A stretch of DNA of 38,658 nt from an uncultured Desulfobacteraceae bacterium. GTDB lineage: Bacteria; Desulfobacterota; DSM-4660; Desulfatiglandales; B25-G16. The DNA is taken from positions 1,363 through 40,020 of the forward strand of contig CAYSWP010000001.1 of NCBI GenBank assembly GCA_964434795.1. Reading direction: 5' to 3'. This document shows, one piece after another, positions 26,906 to 35,856 of this stretch; within the stretch, counting starts at the first letter, position 1; the number at the start of each line of letters is the position of its first letter. A program made the translations under genes and the position numbers. The notes beneath the pieces are model-generated. The model had not been told where the DNA came from. It searched no databases and saw only the letters and a program-made list of their open reading frames with translations.

Positions 26906-27451
26906 CTATGCTCCTTTCAAAACATACTGTTCGCCCATTTCCAATCCCTTCCTGTTGATCTCCATCCTGCTTGCATTCTTTGCCTTTACAACTTCAACCA
27001 AACCATTCATTAAGGAGTCAATACTAATAATTTTAATCTTAGCAATATAGGCGCCCAACATAATCATATTCATCGATCTCTCGTTTCCGAGCTCTTTGGC
27101 CATTGTAATTGCCGGAATCTTAAAAATTTCAATGTCATCTCTACCTGATTCCATATCAACCAGGTCTGAGTTAAGGATTAGGGTTCCTCCGGTCTTGATC
27201 TGCCCTTCGTATTTTACCAATGAAGGTCTATTGAATGCAACAACGTAATCAGGAGAGGATGCAACAGGCGATGCTATCTCTTCATCGGAAATAGAGACCG
27301 TGCAATTAGCCGTACCTCCCCTTACCTCTGCACCATAGGCAGGCAAATAGGTTACGTTCATGCCTTCACGCATAGCAGACACTGCCATAACATAACCTAT
27401 CATTAATACGCCCTGGCCGCCAAAGCCTGAAAAAATAGATTTTATAAGCAT
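26906..27451 (-). CDS. 2-oxoacid:ferredoxin oxidoreductase gamma subunit (set 2)
   Basis: FSGFGGQGVLMIG ... YGAEVRGG; paralogous to 21891-22436. Confidence 0.8.
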   Translation of the reverse strand: MLIKSIFSGFGGQGVLMIGYVMAVSAMREGMNVTYLPAYGAEVRGGTANCTVSISDEEIASPVASSPDYVVAFNRPSLVKYEGQIKTGGTLILNSDLVDMESGRDDIEIFKIPAITMAKELGNERSMNMIMLGAYIAKIKIISIDSLMNGLVEVVKAKNASRMEINRKGLEMGEQYVLKGA

Positions 27452-27460
27452 AATATCACG

Positions 27461-28207
27461 CTATAATTTTCCAACTTCATCTTTAATAACCTTTAGCGGA
27501 AAATATTTTATAATTGTGGAATCAACCAATTCATTTGCCCTAACCGGTGACATCTTCCAATTCGTAGGACATGGAGATAGAACCTCAACCAGTGAAAATC
27601 CTAACCCTGCCATCTGAACCTTAAATGCCTTTTTAATAGCCTTTCTTGTGTGAATGATATGTTTAGGAGAATGAACGGACGTTCGTTCAATATAAACACT
27701 GCCGTTTGCAATAGCCAACATTTCACTCAAATCAATAGGAAACCCGTCCCTTTCTGATTTTCTACCTCCAGGCGTTGTTGTTGAACTCTGCCCTACTAAT
27801 GTTGTGGGAGCCATTTGACCACCTGTCATACCATACACACCATTATTTACAAAAATGGTTGTAAAAAGTTCTCCCCTGTTTGCTGCATGAATCGTCTCGG
27901 CTGTGCCTATGGCTGCAATATCTCCGTCCCCCTGATAGCTAAAAACAATACTATCCGGCAATGCCCTTTTTATACCCGTTGCAACAGCAGCGCCTCTTCC
28001 ATGAGGGGCCTCTCCCATATCAACATCAAGATAATTATAGGCAAGCACAGCACAACCGGCCGGAGGAATCCCGATTACCTTTTCCTGTATGCCCAGCTCA
28101 TCAATAACCTCGGCAATTAATCTGTGTATAATACTGTGACCACAACCGGGGCAATAATGAAACTCTGCATCTTTCATGCTTTTCGGTCTGCTAAAAACTT
28201 TTTTCAT
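27461..28207 (-). CDS. 2-oxoacid:ferredoxin oxidoreductase beta subunit (set 2)
   Basis: It has CPGCGHS and the TPP motif GDGDIAAIGTAE ... NNGVYGMTGGQ. Confidence 0.85.
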   Translation of the reverse strand: MKKVFSRPKSMKDAEFHYCPGCGHSIIHRLIAEVIDELGIQEKVIGIPPAGCAVLAYNYLDVDMGEAPHGRGAAVATGIKRALPDSIVFSYQGDGDIAAIGTAETIHAANRGELFTTIFVNNGVYGMTGGQMAPTTLVGQSSTTTPGGRKSERDGFPIDLSEMLAIANGSVYIERTSVHSPKHIIHTRKAIKKAFKVQMAGLGFSLVEVLSPCPTNWKMSPVRANELVDSTIIKYFPLKVIKDEVGKL

Positions 28208-29290
28208 TTAGTTCCCTTTGTCCAGTTTTTCTTTGTAATATATAGTGGTTATAACCTTTGCAATTTCATCAGGCGTAGGCACTACACCTCCCGGTCTTCC
28301 ATGAAAATGCACTCTTCCCCTTCCCTCTAATGACAGCTTAACATCTTCTACCATCTGACCTGTACTCATCTCAAAAACAAGAAAATCCGACATAACGCGA
28401 CTCATTTCCACAAAAAACCTCTCTGGAAACGGCCAAAGCGTCTTAGGCCTTATAAGGCCTACTTTAAGGCCTATTCCCCTTAGCTTTTTTATCGCCCCTT
28501 TTGCTATCCTGCTCGCCGTACCATAGGCAACTATAGCCATACGGGCATCATCCGTTAAAAATGTTTCAACCTGGGGTATCTCCCTTTCAATCATCTGATG
28601 TTTTCTATGCAGTTTCCAGTTGTGTTCCTCCATGGCAGCCGTGTCAAGCACAAGTGATTTAATTATTCTGCTTGCCCGGCCTTTTGCCCCACCTAAAACC
28701 CATGGTTTTGGAGTAAGGGAATCTATATCAATTGGGTCCGGAAATTCAACAGGTTCCATCATCTGTCCCATCATTCCGTCTCCTAAAATCATAACTGGGA
28801 TTCTGTATTTGTCAGCATATTCAAAGGCTAATTTTGTAAAATCGGCCAACTCCTGGCCAGATCCCGGGGCTAAAACAATGATTCTGTAATCCCCGTGACC
28901 TCCACCTTTTGTTGCCTGGAAGTAATCTCCCTGGGCAGGGGCAATGTTACCCAATCCAGGCCCACCCCTCATTGTATTGACAATAACTGCAGGTAATTCT
29001 TGCCCGGCCAAATAGGATATACCCTCTTGTTTCAGGCTGATTCCAGGGCTTGATGAAGAGGTCATTACCCTTTTGCCGGTCATTGAAACACCTATAACCA
29101 TATTTATAGCAGCCAGCTCACTCTCTGACTGAATAAAAACCCCACCCGGCACAGATGCTAATGCACTGGACATATACTCTGTCAACTCATTCTGCGGGGT
29201 TATAGGGTAACCAAAATAAAATCGACATCCAGCCCTCACAGCCGCTTCAGCAATAGTATGACTACCTCTCAATAGTTTTTTTTCACTCAC
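28208..29290 (-). CDS. 2-oxoacid:ferredoxin oxidoreductase alpha subunit (set 2)
   Basis: GSHTIAEAAVRAGCRFYFGYPITPQNEL. 360 aa. Confidence 0.85.
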   Translation of the reverse strand: MSEKKLLRGSHTIAEAAVRAGCRFYFGYPITPQNELTEYMSSALASVPGGVFIQSESELAAINMVIGVSMTGKRVMTSSSSPGISLKQEGISYLAGQELPAVIVNTMRGGPGLGNIAPAQGDYFQATKGGGHGDYRIIVLAPGSGQELADFTKLAFEYADKYRIPVMILGDGMMGQMMEPVEFPDPIDIDSLTPKPWVLGGAKGRASRIIKSLVLDTAAMEEHNWKLHRKHQMIEREIPQVETFLTDDARMAIVAYGTASRIAKGAIKKLRGIGLKVGLIRPKTLWPFPERFFVEMSRVMSDFLVFEMSTGQMVEDVKLSLEGRGRVHFHGRPGGVVPTPDEIAKVITTIYYKEKLDKGN

Positions 29291-29525
29291 GATACACCTC
29301 TATAGCTACATCGGGACATACAATAGCACATAAAGCGCAGCCCTTGCACAAATGTTTATCAATCTCTGTTTCCTCCTCGCTATAATGCACAGGATAATAA
29401 CCCTTGCTGTTTAATTTATCAGAAACAAAAATCAAATTTTCCGGACACGCCGTCTTGCATATATAACAGCCTTTGCATAATTCCGTGTCTATTTTTATAT
29501 AACCTTTTTTTGATTTATTAGCCAT
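29283..29525 (-). CDS. 2-oxoacid:ferredoxin oxidoreductase delta subunit (ferredoxin, set 2)
   Basis: It has two Cys clusters (CKGCYICKTACP, CKGCALCAIVCP) and overlaps the alpha gene by 8 nt. Confidence 0.8.
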   Translation of the reverse strand: MANKSKKGYIKIDTELCKGCYICKTACPENLIFVSDKLNSKGYYPVHYSEEETEIDKHLCKGCALCAIVCPDVAIEVYRE

Positions 29526-29939
29526 AATTCAGCGGAGCCCCTTACACAATCATGGAGTTTTCCAAGATAGGTTTTTTACTCTTTCATAAAATAGTTAAAA
29601 CCCTTCTAATAATTCTCTTTCTTGAAAATGTCAATTAAAAATTTGAGGTTTTCATGATATAAAATATTGCCAAGCCCGTAAATAATCTTTTACAGGCTAT
29701 TTTTGCCATTAAGAAATTCAATAAATGTTGAGCGATAGAGACTTATTTTGCTTGAGGCCAATGTCTGCACCTTATTAAATAGAGGGAAAATATTAATGTT
29801 TTTTAAGTCTATTAATTTAGTTACATATATGATAAACAGAATAAAAGAATATTAATTGAAAACAAATAGCTTAGAAAAAAATCTTGTATTTAACAATTGT
29901 AAATGTTATAGACGAAAAAAAATTGTTTTGGAGGAAAAT

Positions 29940-31001
29940 ATGTTACGCAAATCACATGAAATTATAAAAAATAGATATGTAAACAGAAGGGAATTTTTAA
30001 AAATTTCAGGCATGCTTGGGGCCGGTGTTGCGACATCATCTTTAGGAATGCCATTAGCAGAGGCAATAAAATTTGACAAAAACCTGTATAAGGTCTCAAG
30101 ATCTTTGCCCTATATGGGAACAATGGTTTCCATGACAGTCCTTGACCCCTCAAAAGATCGCGGGGAAGAGGCTATTTCTATGGCATTCAATGAAATAGAA
30201 AGATTAGTCAAGATAATGAATAGGTTTGATGCAGGCACCCCTCTGTATCAATTGAACAGCGAAGGTTTTCTGCATGAGGTTCCTCCCGAGCTTTCATATT
30301 TAATTAATAAATCAAAATATTATAATCAACTTAGCAACGGGCTGTTTGATATAACCATAAAACCAGTATTGGATTTCTTTGCCCAATCGTTTAAAAAACA
30401 ACAAAATTTATCTTATAGCGAAAAAAAGATAAAGGGTCTTTTGAGGCTTGTAGATTCCAAATTTATCACTACAAATGGGAGATCTATAGGGTTTAAAAGG
30501 GATGGCATGCAAATTACATTAGATGGAATTGCCAAGGGGTATATTGTAGATAAGTCAGCTAAAAAATTATCGGATATGGGGATCAAACATGCCCTTATAA
30601 ATGCCGGTGGAGACATCAGCGCAATAGGAGGAAAAGAAAATAACAGACCTTGGAAAATAGCCATTGAAGATCCATTAAAGAAAAAAAATTATCCATCTGT
30701 AGTGTCAATTAAAAACGGCTCTATTGCAACATCCGGCAATTATGAGGTATTTTTTGATAAAGAGAAGGTATTTCATCACATTATCAATCCAGAAACAGGA
30801 TTATCACCCCTAACGAATGCAAGCGTATCTATCCAGGCACCAACAACTATGGAAGCTGATGCATTATCAACTGCAGTTTTTCTGCTCGACCCTGTTCCAG
30901 GTACAAAATTAATAAACTCCCTTCCGTCTTGCAGGAGCTTTATAGTTACTAAAAATCAAAGAAAAATAAAATCCAATGGGTGGCAGGGCTCTAAAATATA
31001 A
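29940..31001 (+). CDS. apbE: FAD:protein FMN transferase (ApbE family), Tat-exported
   Basis: I prefer the ATG at 29940, which has GGAGG 6 nt upstream, over the ORF-track start at 29856. The Tat motif is RREFLKISGMLGAGVATSSLG. ApbE motifs are DGIAKGY, INAGGDI and SIATSGNYE. Confidence 0.85.
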   Translation: MLRKSHEIIKNRYVNRREFLKISGMLGAGVATSSLGMPLAEAIKFDKNLYKVSRSLPYMGTMVSMTVLDPSKDRGEEAISMAFNEIERLVKIMNRFDAGTPLYQLNSEGFLHEVPPELSYLINKSKYYNQLSNGLFDITIKPVLDFFAQSFKKQQNLSYSEKKIKGLLRLVDSKFITTNGRSIGFKRDGMQITLDGIAKGYIVDKSAKKLSDMGIKHALINAGGDISAIGGKENNRPWKIAIEDPLKKKNYPSVVSIKNGSIATSGNYEVFFDKEKVFHHIINPETGLSPLTNASVSIQAPTTMEADALSTAVFLLDPVPGTKLINSLPSCRSFIVTKNQRKIKSNGWQGSKI

Positions 31002-32526
31002 TACTCTCTATCTCCCTTTTTAATTCTAAAAGGGAGGAGGGATTAATAGCTGAGATTGGAATACCATTGAGCTTTAAGGATATATTGCCTGCCTGTGCCT
31101 TGCTGAGTTTATCACTTTTATTTAACGCTAAAATAGTTTTTATTTCTTTCAGATTTAGGCTGTTAAGGATATTGCTCACTGATTCTATCTGATCCTCCAA
31201 TCCCGAATTACTAATATCAGCTACATGAATAAGAAGGTCCGCCTCATTAAGTTCCTCAAGTGTAGTGGCAAAGGAATCAAGAATTTCTTCAGGCAAATCC
31301 ATAATAAAACCTACGGTATCGGTTATAATAACCTCTCTGTTTCTTAGCCGGAGACGCCGACTTGTAGTATCAAGGGTAACAAAAGGTCGATCTTCGGCGA
31401 TTAAATGACTGCCTGTAAGATTATTTAAGAGCGTAGATTTCCCGGCATTTGTATAACCAACAATTGATACTATAGGTATATGTTTATTTTTTCTCTTCTT
31501 TCTTCTCTCTTTTCTATGCCCTCTAATCACTTCTAACTCTTTATTTAACAATGCAATCCTATCCCTTGCCCTCCTTCTGTTTATCTCCAGCTTTGTTTCT
31601 CCAGGACCTCTGCCTCCTATACCCCCAGTAAGCCTGGACATAGCAGTATTTTTTGTAATTAACCTGGGGAGAAGATACCTTAATTGAGCAAGCTCTACCT
31701 GAATTTTACTTTCTTTTGTAACGGCCCTCCTGGCAAATATATCCAGTATCAACTGGCTTCTATCAATTATCTTCATCTCCGTATAATTTGTCAGCGACCT
31801 GACTTGAGCCGGCGTTAATTCACCGTCAAAAATGAAAAGATCAGCACCTGCCTGAAGTGTTCGCACAACGAGCTCGCTTAATTTCCCCTTTCCTAAAAGG
31901 AAACGGGGATCAATCTTTGTTTTTTTTTGAATAATAGAATCTACAACTATAAGATCACATGCTAAAGCCAGTTCTGTTAACTCTTGAACTGATTTTTCTG
32001 CATTTTCTTTTGAAGATGTCGTAACATTAACAAGCACAGCCCTTCCCTGTCCGCCTACACCAAAGCCCTCACCTGTTTTTGCAAATTCCGCTTCAAGTTC
32101 CTTTATGAATTCCGTAAAATCTATATTGAGCTTTCCAATATCAGTTAAATCCTCTAAGGCCCATGGCTGTCCCAAGTTATTTTTAGGGAGTATATGGGCA
32201 TAATGTAAATCTCTCGGAATCCCTCTGTTATCAATATTAATACTCAGCATCAAATCCAGTTTTAGGAGCGCTAAATCCATTAAATCCTCTTGGCTTAATG
32301 GTTCTCCATGGAGATGAGTATGCACGCACCTTAGACCCTTTAGTCTTCCTGCGCCAGACCTGAATCTGGCCAAATCCGGGATAAAAATGCCTTGATCATT
32401 ACCTACAACAACATATTCAACATCTCCTTTTCTGTCTATGAGAAGCGCTACCTGCCTCTTTATGGCAATGGAAATTTCCCCTAATCGACGAGCCATTTCA
32501 CGGGAAATGACTTCACCTTCAGGCAC
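30991..32526 (-). CDS. hflX: GTPase HflX (long form); the true start probably lies upstream of 32526
   Basis: G1 is GYTNAGKSTL, G3 is DTVGF and G4 is NKSD. The first canonical start is GTG at 32526, but the frame stays open and protein-like to 32655 (see finding). Confidence 0.9.
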   Translation of the reverse strand: MPEGEVISREMARRLGEISIAIKRQVALLIDRKGDVEYVVVGNDQGIFIPDLARFRSGAGRLKGLRCVHTHLHGEPLSQEDLMDLALLKLDLMLSINIDNRGIPRDLHYAHILPKNNLGQPWALEDLTDIGKLNIDFTEFIKELEAEFAKTGEGFGVGGQGRAVLVNVTTSSKENAEKSVQELTELALACDLIVVDSIIQKKTKIDPRFLLGKGKLSELVVRTLQAGADLFIFDGELTPAQVRSLTNYTEMKIIDRSQLILDIFARRAVTKESKIQVELAQLRYLLPRLITKNTAMSRLTGGIGGRGPGETKLEINRRRARDRIALLNKELEVIRGHRKERRKKRKNKHIPIVSIVGYTNAGKSTLLNNLTGSHLIAEDRPFVTLDTTSRRLRLRNREVIITDTVGFIMDLPEEILDSFATTLEELNEADLLIHVADISNSGLEDQIESVSNILNSLNLKEIKTILALNKSDKLSKAQAGNISLKLNGIPISAINPSSLLELKREIESIIF

Positions 32527-32785
32527 TCGTCGTCTATAGATGTTCTGGAGTTTTTTTAAGTGGTTAGCCTTAAGGCCGCCTGTTTTTCCAAATATTTTTT
32601 CTATGGCCTTGCCCCAAGTTTTAGTGGTAAATTTATAAAAGAATGGTATAGATAATCATGAGAAGAAAATTTTATCGATTTGATATAAAAGGATCTAAAG
32701 AATAAATGATCAGCATATAATAGCTTTTTGTAGTGTTCCTGGTGCAAAAACTTACATCCTCAGAATATACCTTAAAAGCAAGGGG

Positions 32786-34159
32786 CTAAATCGCCATGTC
32801 TAATCCTGACTCGTCTTTGTAATAATTCTGGAATTTCGTGTACTGTTTTCTAAATAATAAATTAACCATGCCAACAGGACCATTCCTATGTTTTCCAATA
32901 ATAATTTCTGCCTTGTCCTTGTTTTCCTCTGTAGGATTATAATGTTCATCCCTGTAGATAAACACAATAAGATCAGCGTCCTGCTCTATAGCGCCGGATT
33001 CCCGCAGGTCCGCCAACATAGGCTTTTTACTGGGTCTTGTCTCAACCTGTCTATTTAATTGAGAAAGGGCCACAACAGGAATATTTAAATCCTTCGCAAG
33101 GGCCTTCAAAGATCTGGATATATCTGAAATCTCCTGTTGCCGTGATTCAACAGACCTTTTGCTCTGCATCAGTTGAAGATAATCAATAACCACTAATGAT
33201 ATATCATGTTTTTTTTTCAATCTCCTGGCCTTGGCCTTCATCTCTAATGCAGATAAGCCTGATGAATCATCAATAAAAATAGGTAATTTTGAAAGCCTGT
33301 CGGTCGACTCTATTAAACGTGTCCACTCATCATCCTGCAGGGCTCCTTTTCTCAGCCTTGACGCATCGATCATTCCATCAAGGCCCAGCAGTCTTATTCC
33401 AAGTTGCATGCTTGACATCTCGAGAGAGAATAGAGCAGTCCCTACATTGTTCTCTATTGCAGCATTGTAAACAATATTCAATGCTAACGCCGTTTTACCC
33501 ATACTTGGACGGCCGGCAATAATGATAAGATCAGATGGCTGAAGGCCGGAAGTAAGATTGTCAATATCAGTGAATCCCGTTGAAATACCTGTGATATTTC
33601 CACTTCCATGGGCCATGGATTCCACTTTTCCGAAGCTCTCTTTTACTACCTCTCTTAAGTGGTAAAAACTTTGTCCCGCATTGCGCTCTGCTATTTCAAA
33701 TACTGATTGTTCTGCTAAATCGAGAATCTCCGGGGTCTCCATGGTAGATTGAAAGCAGTTATCAGAGATGTGAGAGCACTTCTCTATTAACTTTCTTTTT
33801 GTAGATAAATCTCTTACAATTTCAGAATGATAGGCAATTCCAGCAGATGTAGAGGTTGCATCCGCCAAAGATGCTAAATAATCGCTTCCTCCTATCTTAT
33901 CCAGTTTGCCGCCTTCCTCCAGAATATGAGTAAGGGTAATAATATCAACAGGCTCGTCCCTGTCATACAATGTTAGCATCCCTTCAAATATAAAAGAATG
34001 GGCCTTTCTGTAAAAATCGTCGCTGGAAAGAAGATCAACAATCTGGTTCAATGCATCATTGTTTATCAGTATGCCCCCTAATATAACCTGTTCGGCTTCC
34101 AGGTTATGAGGCGGTACCTTATATGCTGATTGTGATAAATTTTCCTTCTTCCTTTGCAT
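32786..34159 (-). CDS. dnaB: Replicative DNA helicase DnaB
   Basis: The N-terminal motif is PPHNLEAEQVILGGIL, Walker A is GRPSMGKT, and VIDYLQLM is present. It has the conserved rplI-dnaB context. Confidence 0.95.
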   Translation of the reverse strand: MQRKKENLSQSAYKVPPHNLEAEQVILGGILINNDALNQIVDLLSSDDFYRKAHSFIFEGMLTLYDRDEPVDIITLTHILEEGGKLDKIGGSDYLASLADATSTSAGIAYHSEIVRDLSTKRKLIEKCSHISDNCFQSTMETPEILDLAEQSVFEIAERNAGQSFYHLREVVKESFGKVESMAHGSGNITGISTGFTDIDNLTSGLQPSDLIIIAGRPSMGKTALALNIVYNAAIENNVGTALFSLEMSSMQLGIRLLGLDGMIDASRLRKGALQDDEWTRLIESTDRLSKLPIFIDDSSGLSALEMKAKARRLKKKHDISLVVIDYLQLMQSKRSVESRQQEISDISRSLKALAKDLNIPVVALSQLNRQVETRPSKKPMLADLRESGAIEQDADLIVFIYRDEHYNPTEENKDKAEIIIGKHRNGPVGMVNLLFRKQYTKFQNYYKDESGLDMAI

Positions 34160-34168
34160 TAATATTTT

Positions 34169-34633
34169 CTACTCCGTTACTTTTTCTTCCTGCATTTTCT
34201 CCACAAATACTTTTATTTGGGCCACCACCTCGGGGTAAAGTTTAATGCCCACATCAAATTCACCGATAGTCCTGATCGGTTCGTCAATAATAATCTTCTT
34301 TCTATCAACAATAATGTCTTCATTTTCAAGTTTCTGGGCGATGTCTCTGCTTGTTACAGAACCGTAAAGCTTTCCTTCTCCACCGGCCTTCCCCTTAATA
34401 GTCACTGTTACCTGCGAGATCTTTTCCCTGACTCTTTCCGCCGCTTCCTTGTCCTTCATTCGTTTAGCCATTATCTTTTCTTTTCTTGCTTCCAGGGTCT
34501 TTAAATTGCCATTACTTGCCTCTATGGAGATTCCCTTAGGGACAAGATAATTCCTGGCATACCCTCTGGCTACGTCTACGATATCTCCTTCCAGGCCAAG
34601 AGATTCAACATCTTGCATCAAAATAACTTTCAT
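34169..34633 (-). CDS. rplI: 50S ribosomal protein L9
   Basis: MKVILMQDVESLGLEGDIVDV. I prefer the ATG at 34633, preceded by GGAGAGGAG, over the TTG at 34651. Confidence 0.9.
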   Translation of the reverse strand: MKVILMQDVESLGLEGDIVDVARGYARNYLVPKGISIEASNGNLKTLEARKEKIMAKRMKDKEAAERVREKISQVTVTIKGKAGGEGKLYGSVTSRDIAQKLENEDIIVDRKKIIIDEPIRTIGEFDVGIKLYPEVVAQIKVFVEKMQEEKVTE

Positions 34634-34823
34634 TTCTCCTCTCCCATTCAAATTTTTATAAATATATAGCTAAAAAATACAATAAAAAGTGCCCTTATCT
34701 ATGATAAGTTGAGACAATATTAAAAAAAACATATTTATAGAGAAAATATCGAAGAAAGGTGTTTTAAGAATTGCATGGGGCACTAAAAACAACACAAAGG
34801 CAAAAAAGGGCTACTGAACGATT

Positions 34824-34848
34824 TCAGAGAGGCCTTTAGCCTCTCTGA
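34824..34848 (-). other. Stable hairpin in the rpsR-rplI spacer
   Basis: It has a 10-bp perfect stem (tcagagaggc / gcctctctga) and a 5-nt loop. On the minus strand the first U-run starts 16 nt after the stem, so it is not a canonical intrinsic terminator. Confidence 0.4.
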
Positions 34849-34887
34849 CAACCAAATTTAAAACGATATGCTTTTTTGATTAATATC

Positions 34888-35160
34888 TTAGAATTCTCTA
34901 TATTCTCTTGTCTTTATTTTAGCGGTTGTAAAAGGCAACAGGGCAATATTCCTTGCCCTTTTAATAGCCAGGCCAAGAACTCTTTGATGCTTGGCACAGT
35001 TACCTGAAATTCTTCTCGGCACAATTTTTCCCCTTTCAGTAATAAAGGCGCCAAGTGTCTTAGGATCTTTATAATCGATTTTTAGGCTTGGGTCTGCACA
35101 AAATCTACAGACCTTGTGCTTAATAAAAACTCTCTTATCGTAACTATCATTAAATGCCAT
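34888..35160 (-). CDS. rpsR: 30S ribosomal protein S18
   Basis: [43 protein letters not shown]. Confidence 0.95.
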   Translation of the reverse strand: MAFNDSYDKRVFIKHKVCRFCADPSLKIDYKDPKTLGAFITERGKIVPRRISGNCAKHQRVLGLAIKRARNIALLPFTTAKIKTREYREF

Positions 35161-35174
35161 TACTATTCCTCTAA

Positions 35175-35549
35175 CTAACTATTATCTTCTAATACTACAT
35201 CCTCTTCCTTTTGTTCAACATCGCTTTCCTTCACCTTGCTTATTAGCTCTTCCGGATCAATGTCTTCATCTAATTTGATATTCAAATATTTTAAGACTCT
35301 TTCATCAAGTTTTAGATTCCTCTCTAACTCTTTTACTGCATCAGGAAGTCCACAGAAGTCTAATAAAACATAATAACCTTTATCAAACTTCTTAATCTCA
35401 TAGGCCAATTTTCTCTTACCCCATTCATTAACTTCTATAATAGTGCCTTTTAATTTATTTACAATATCTGAAAACTTATCGACAACTTCCTTTAAAGATT
35501 CTGCCTCAAGGTTAGGGTTTATAATATAAACCATCTCATAATGTCTCAT
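35175..35549 (-). CDS. rpsF: 30S ribosomal protein S6
   Basis: [14 protein letters not shown] ... [12 protein letters not shown], with an acidic C-terminal tail. Confidence 0.9.
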   Translation of the reverse strand: MRHYEMVYIINPNLEAESLKEVVDKFSDIVNKLKGTIIEVNEWGKRKLAYEIKKFDKGYYVLLDFCGLPDAVKELERNLKLDERVLKYLNIKLDEDIDPEELISKVKESDVEQKEEDVVLEDNS

Positions 35550-35600
35550 TTATTAAAATACCTCTCCTTTTTTCGTTCAATGCTTAAATTTAAATCTTTA

Positions 35601-35627
35601 TCTATATCCGTTGTAAAAAATTGTCAA
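35601..35627 (-). promoter_or_regulatory. Candidate promoter of the rpsF-rpsR(-rplI) operon
   Basis: The minus strand reads TTGACA-attttttacaacgga-TATAGATA. The -35 is perfect, and the -10 is ambiguous (TATAGA at 15 nt or TAGATA at 17 nt). A second TTGACT lies 13 nt further upstream. Confidence 0.35.
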
Positions 35628-35856
35628 CTCATTTTTTAATAGTCAACGCCAAATCTCCATAAAACAATTTTACTTATATTTCATCTGTATGGAAAACTCA
35701 AAGAGGCGGCATAAAAATTAAAGTTGTGATGCTTAATGCTTACAAGGTGTAACTTAATACAATAATACTATAATTATTACAACCCCAATTTTGATGGCTT
35801 CGTAAAAAGTCGAAAAATTCCCTTTTCCGTCATTCCGTCTCGGATCGGAATCACTA

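Noticed and set aside
29856-29939. The upstream TTG start given by the ORF track for apbE (MKTNSLEKNLVFNNCKCYRRKK...).
   Set aside because: It has no RBS and lies in AT-rich sequence. The ATG at 29940 has GGAGG upstream and puts the Tat RR motif at a normal distance from the N-terminus.
29526-29939. Small ORFs in the 414-bp AT-rich divergent region, for example a 28-aa MEFSKIGFLLFHKIVKTLLIILFLENVN and a 19-aa MFFKSINLVTYMINRIKEY.
   Set aside because: The RBSs are weak or poorly spaced. AT-rich sequence yields such ORFs by chance, and nothing supports conservation. The region is most simply the two promoters.
34634-34651. The TTG start extending rplI by 6 codons (MNGRGE).
   Set aside because: These codons are the Shine-Dalgarno region (GGGAGAGGAG) of the ATG at 34633, and L9 proteins begin MKVIL.
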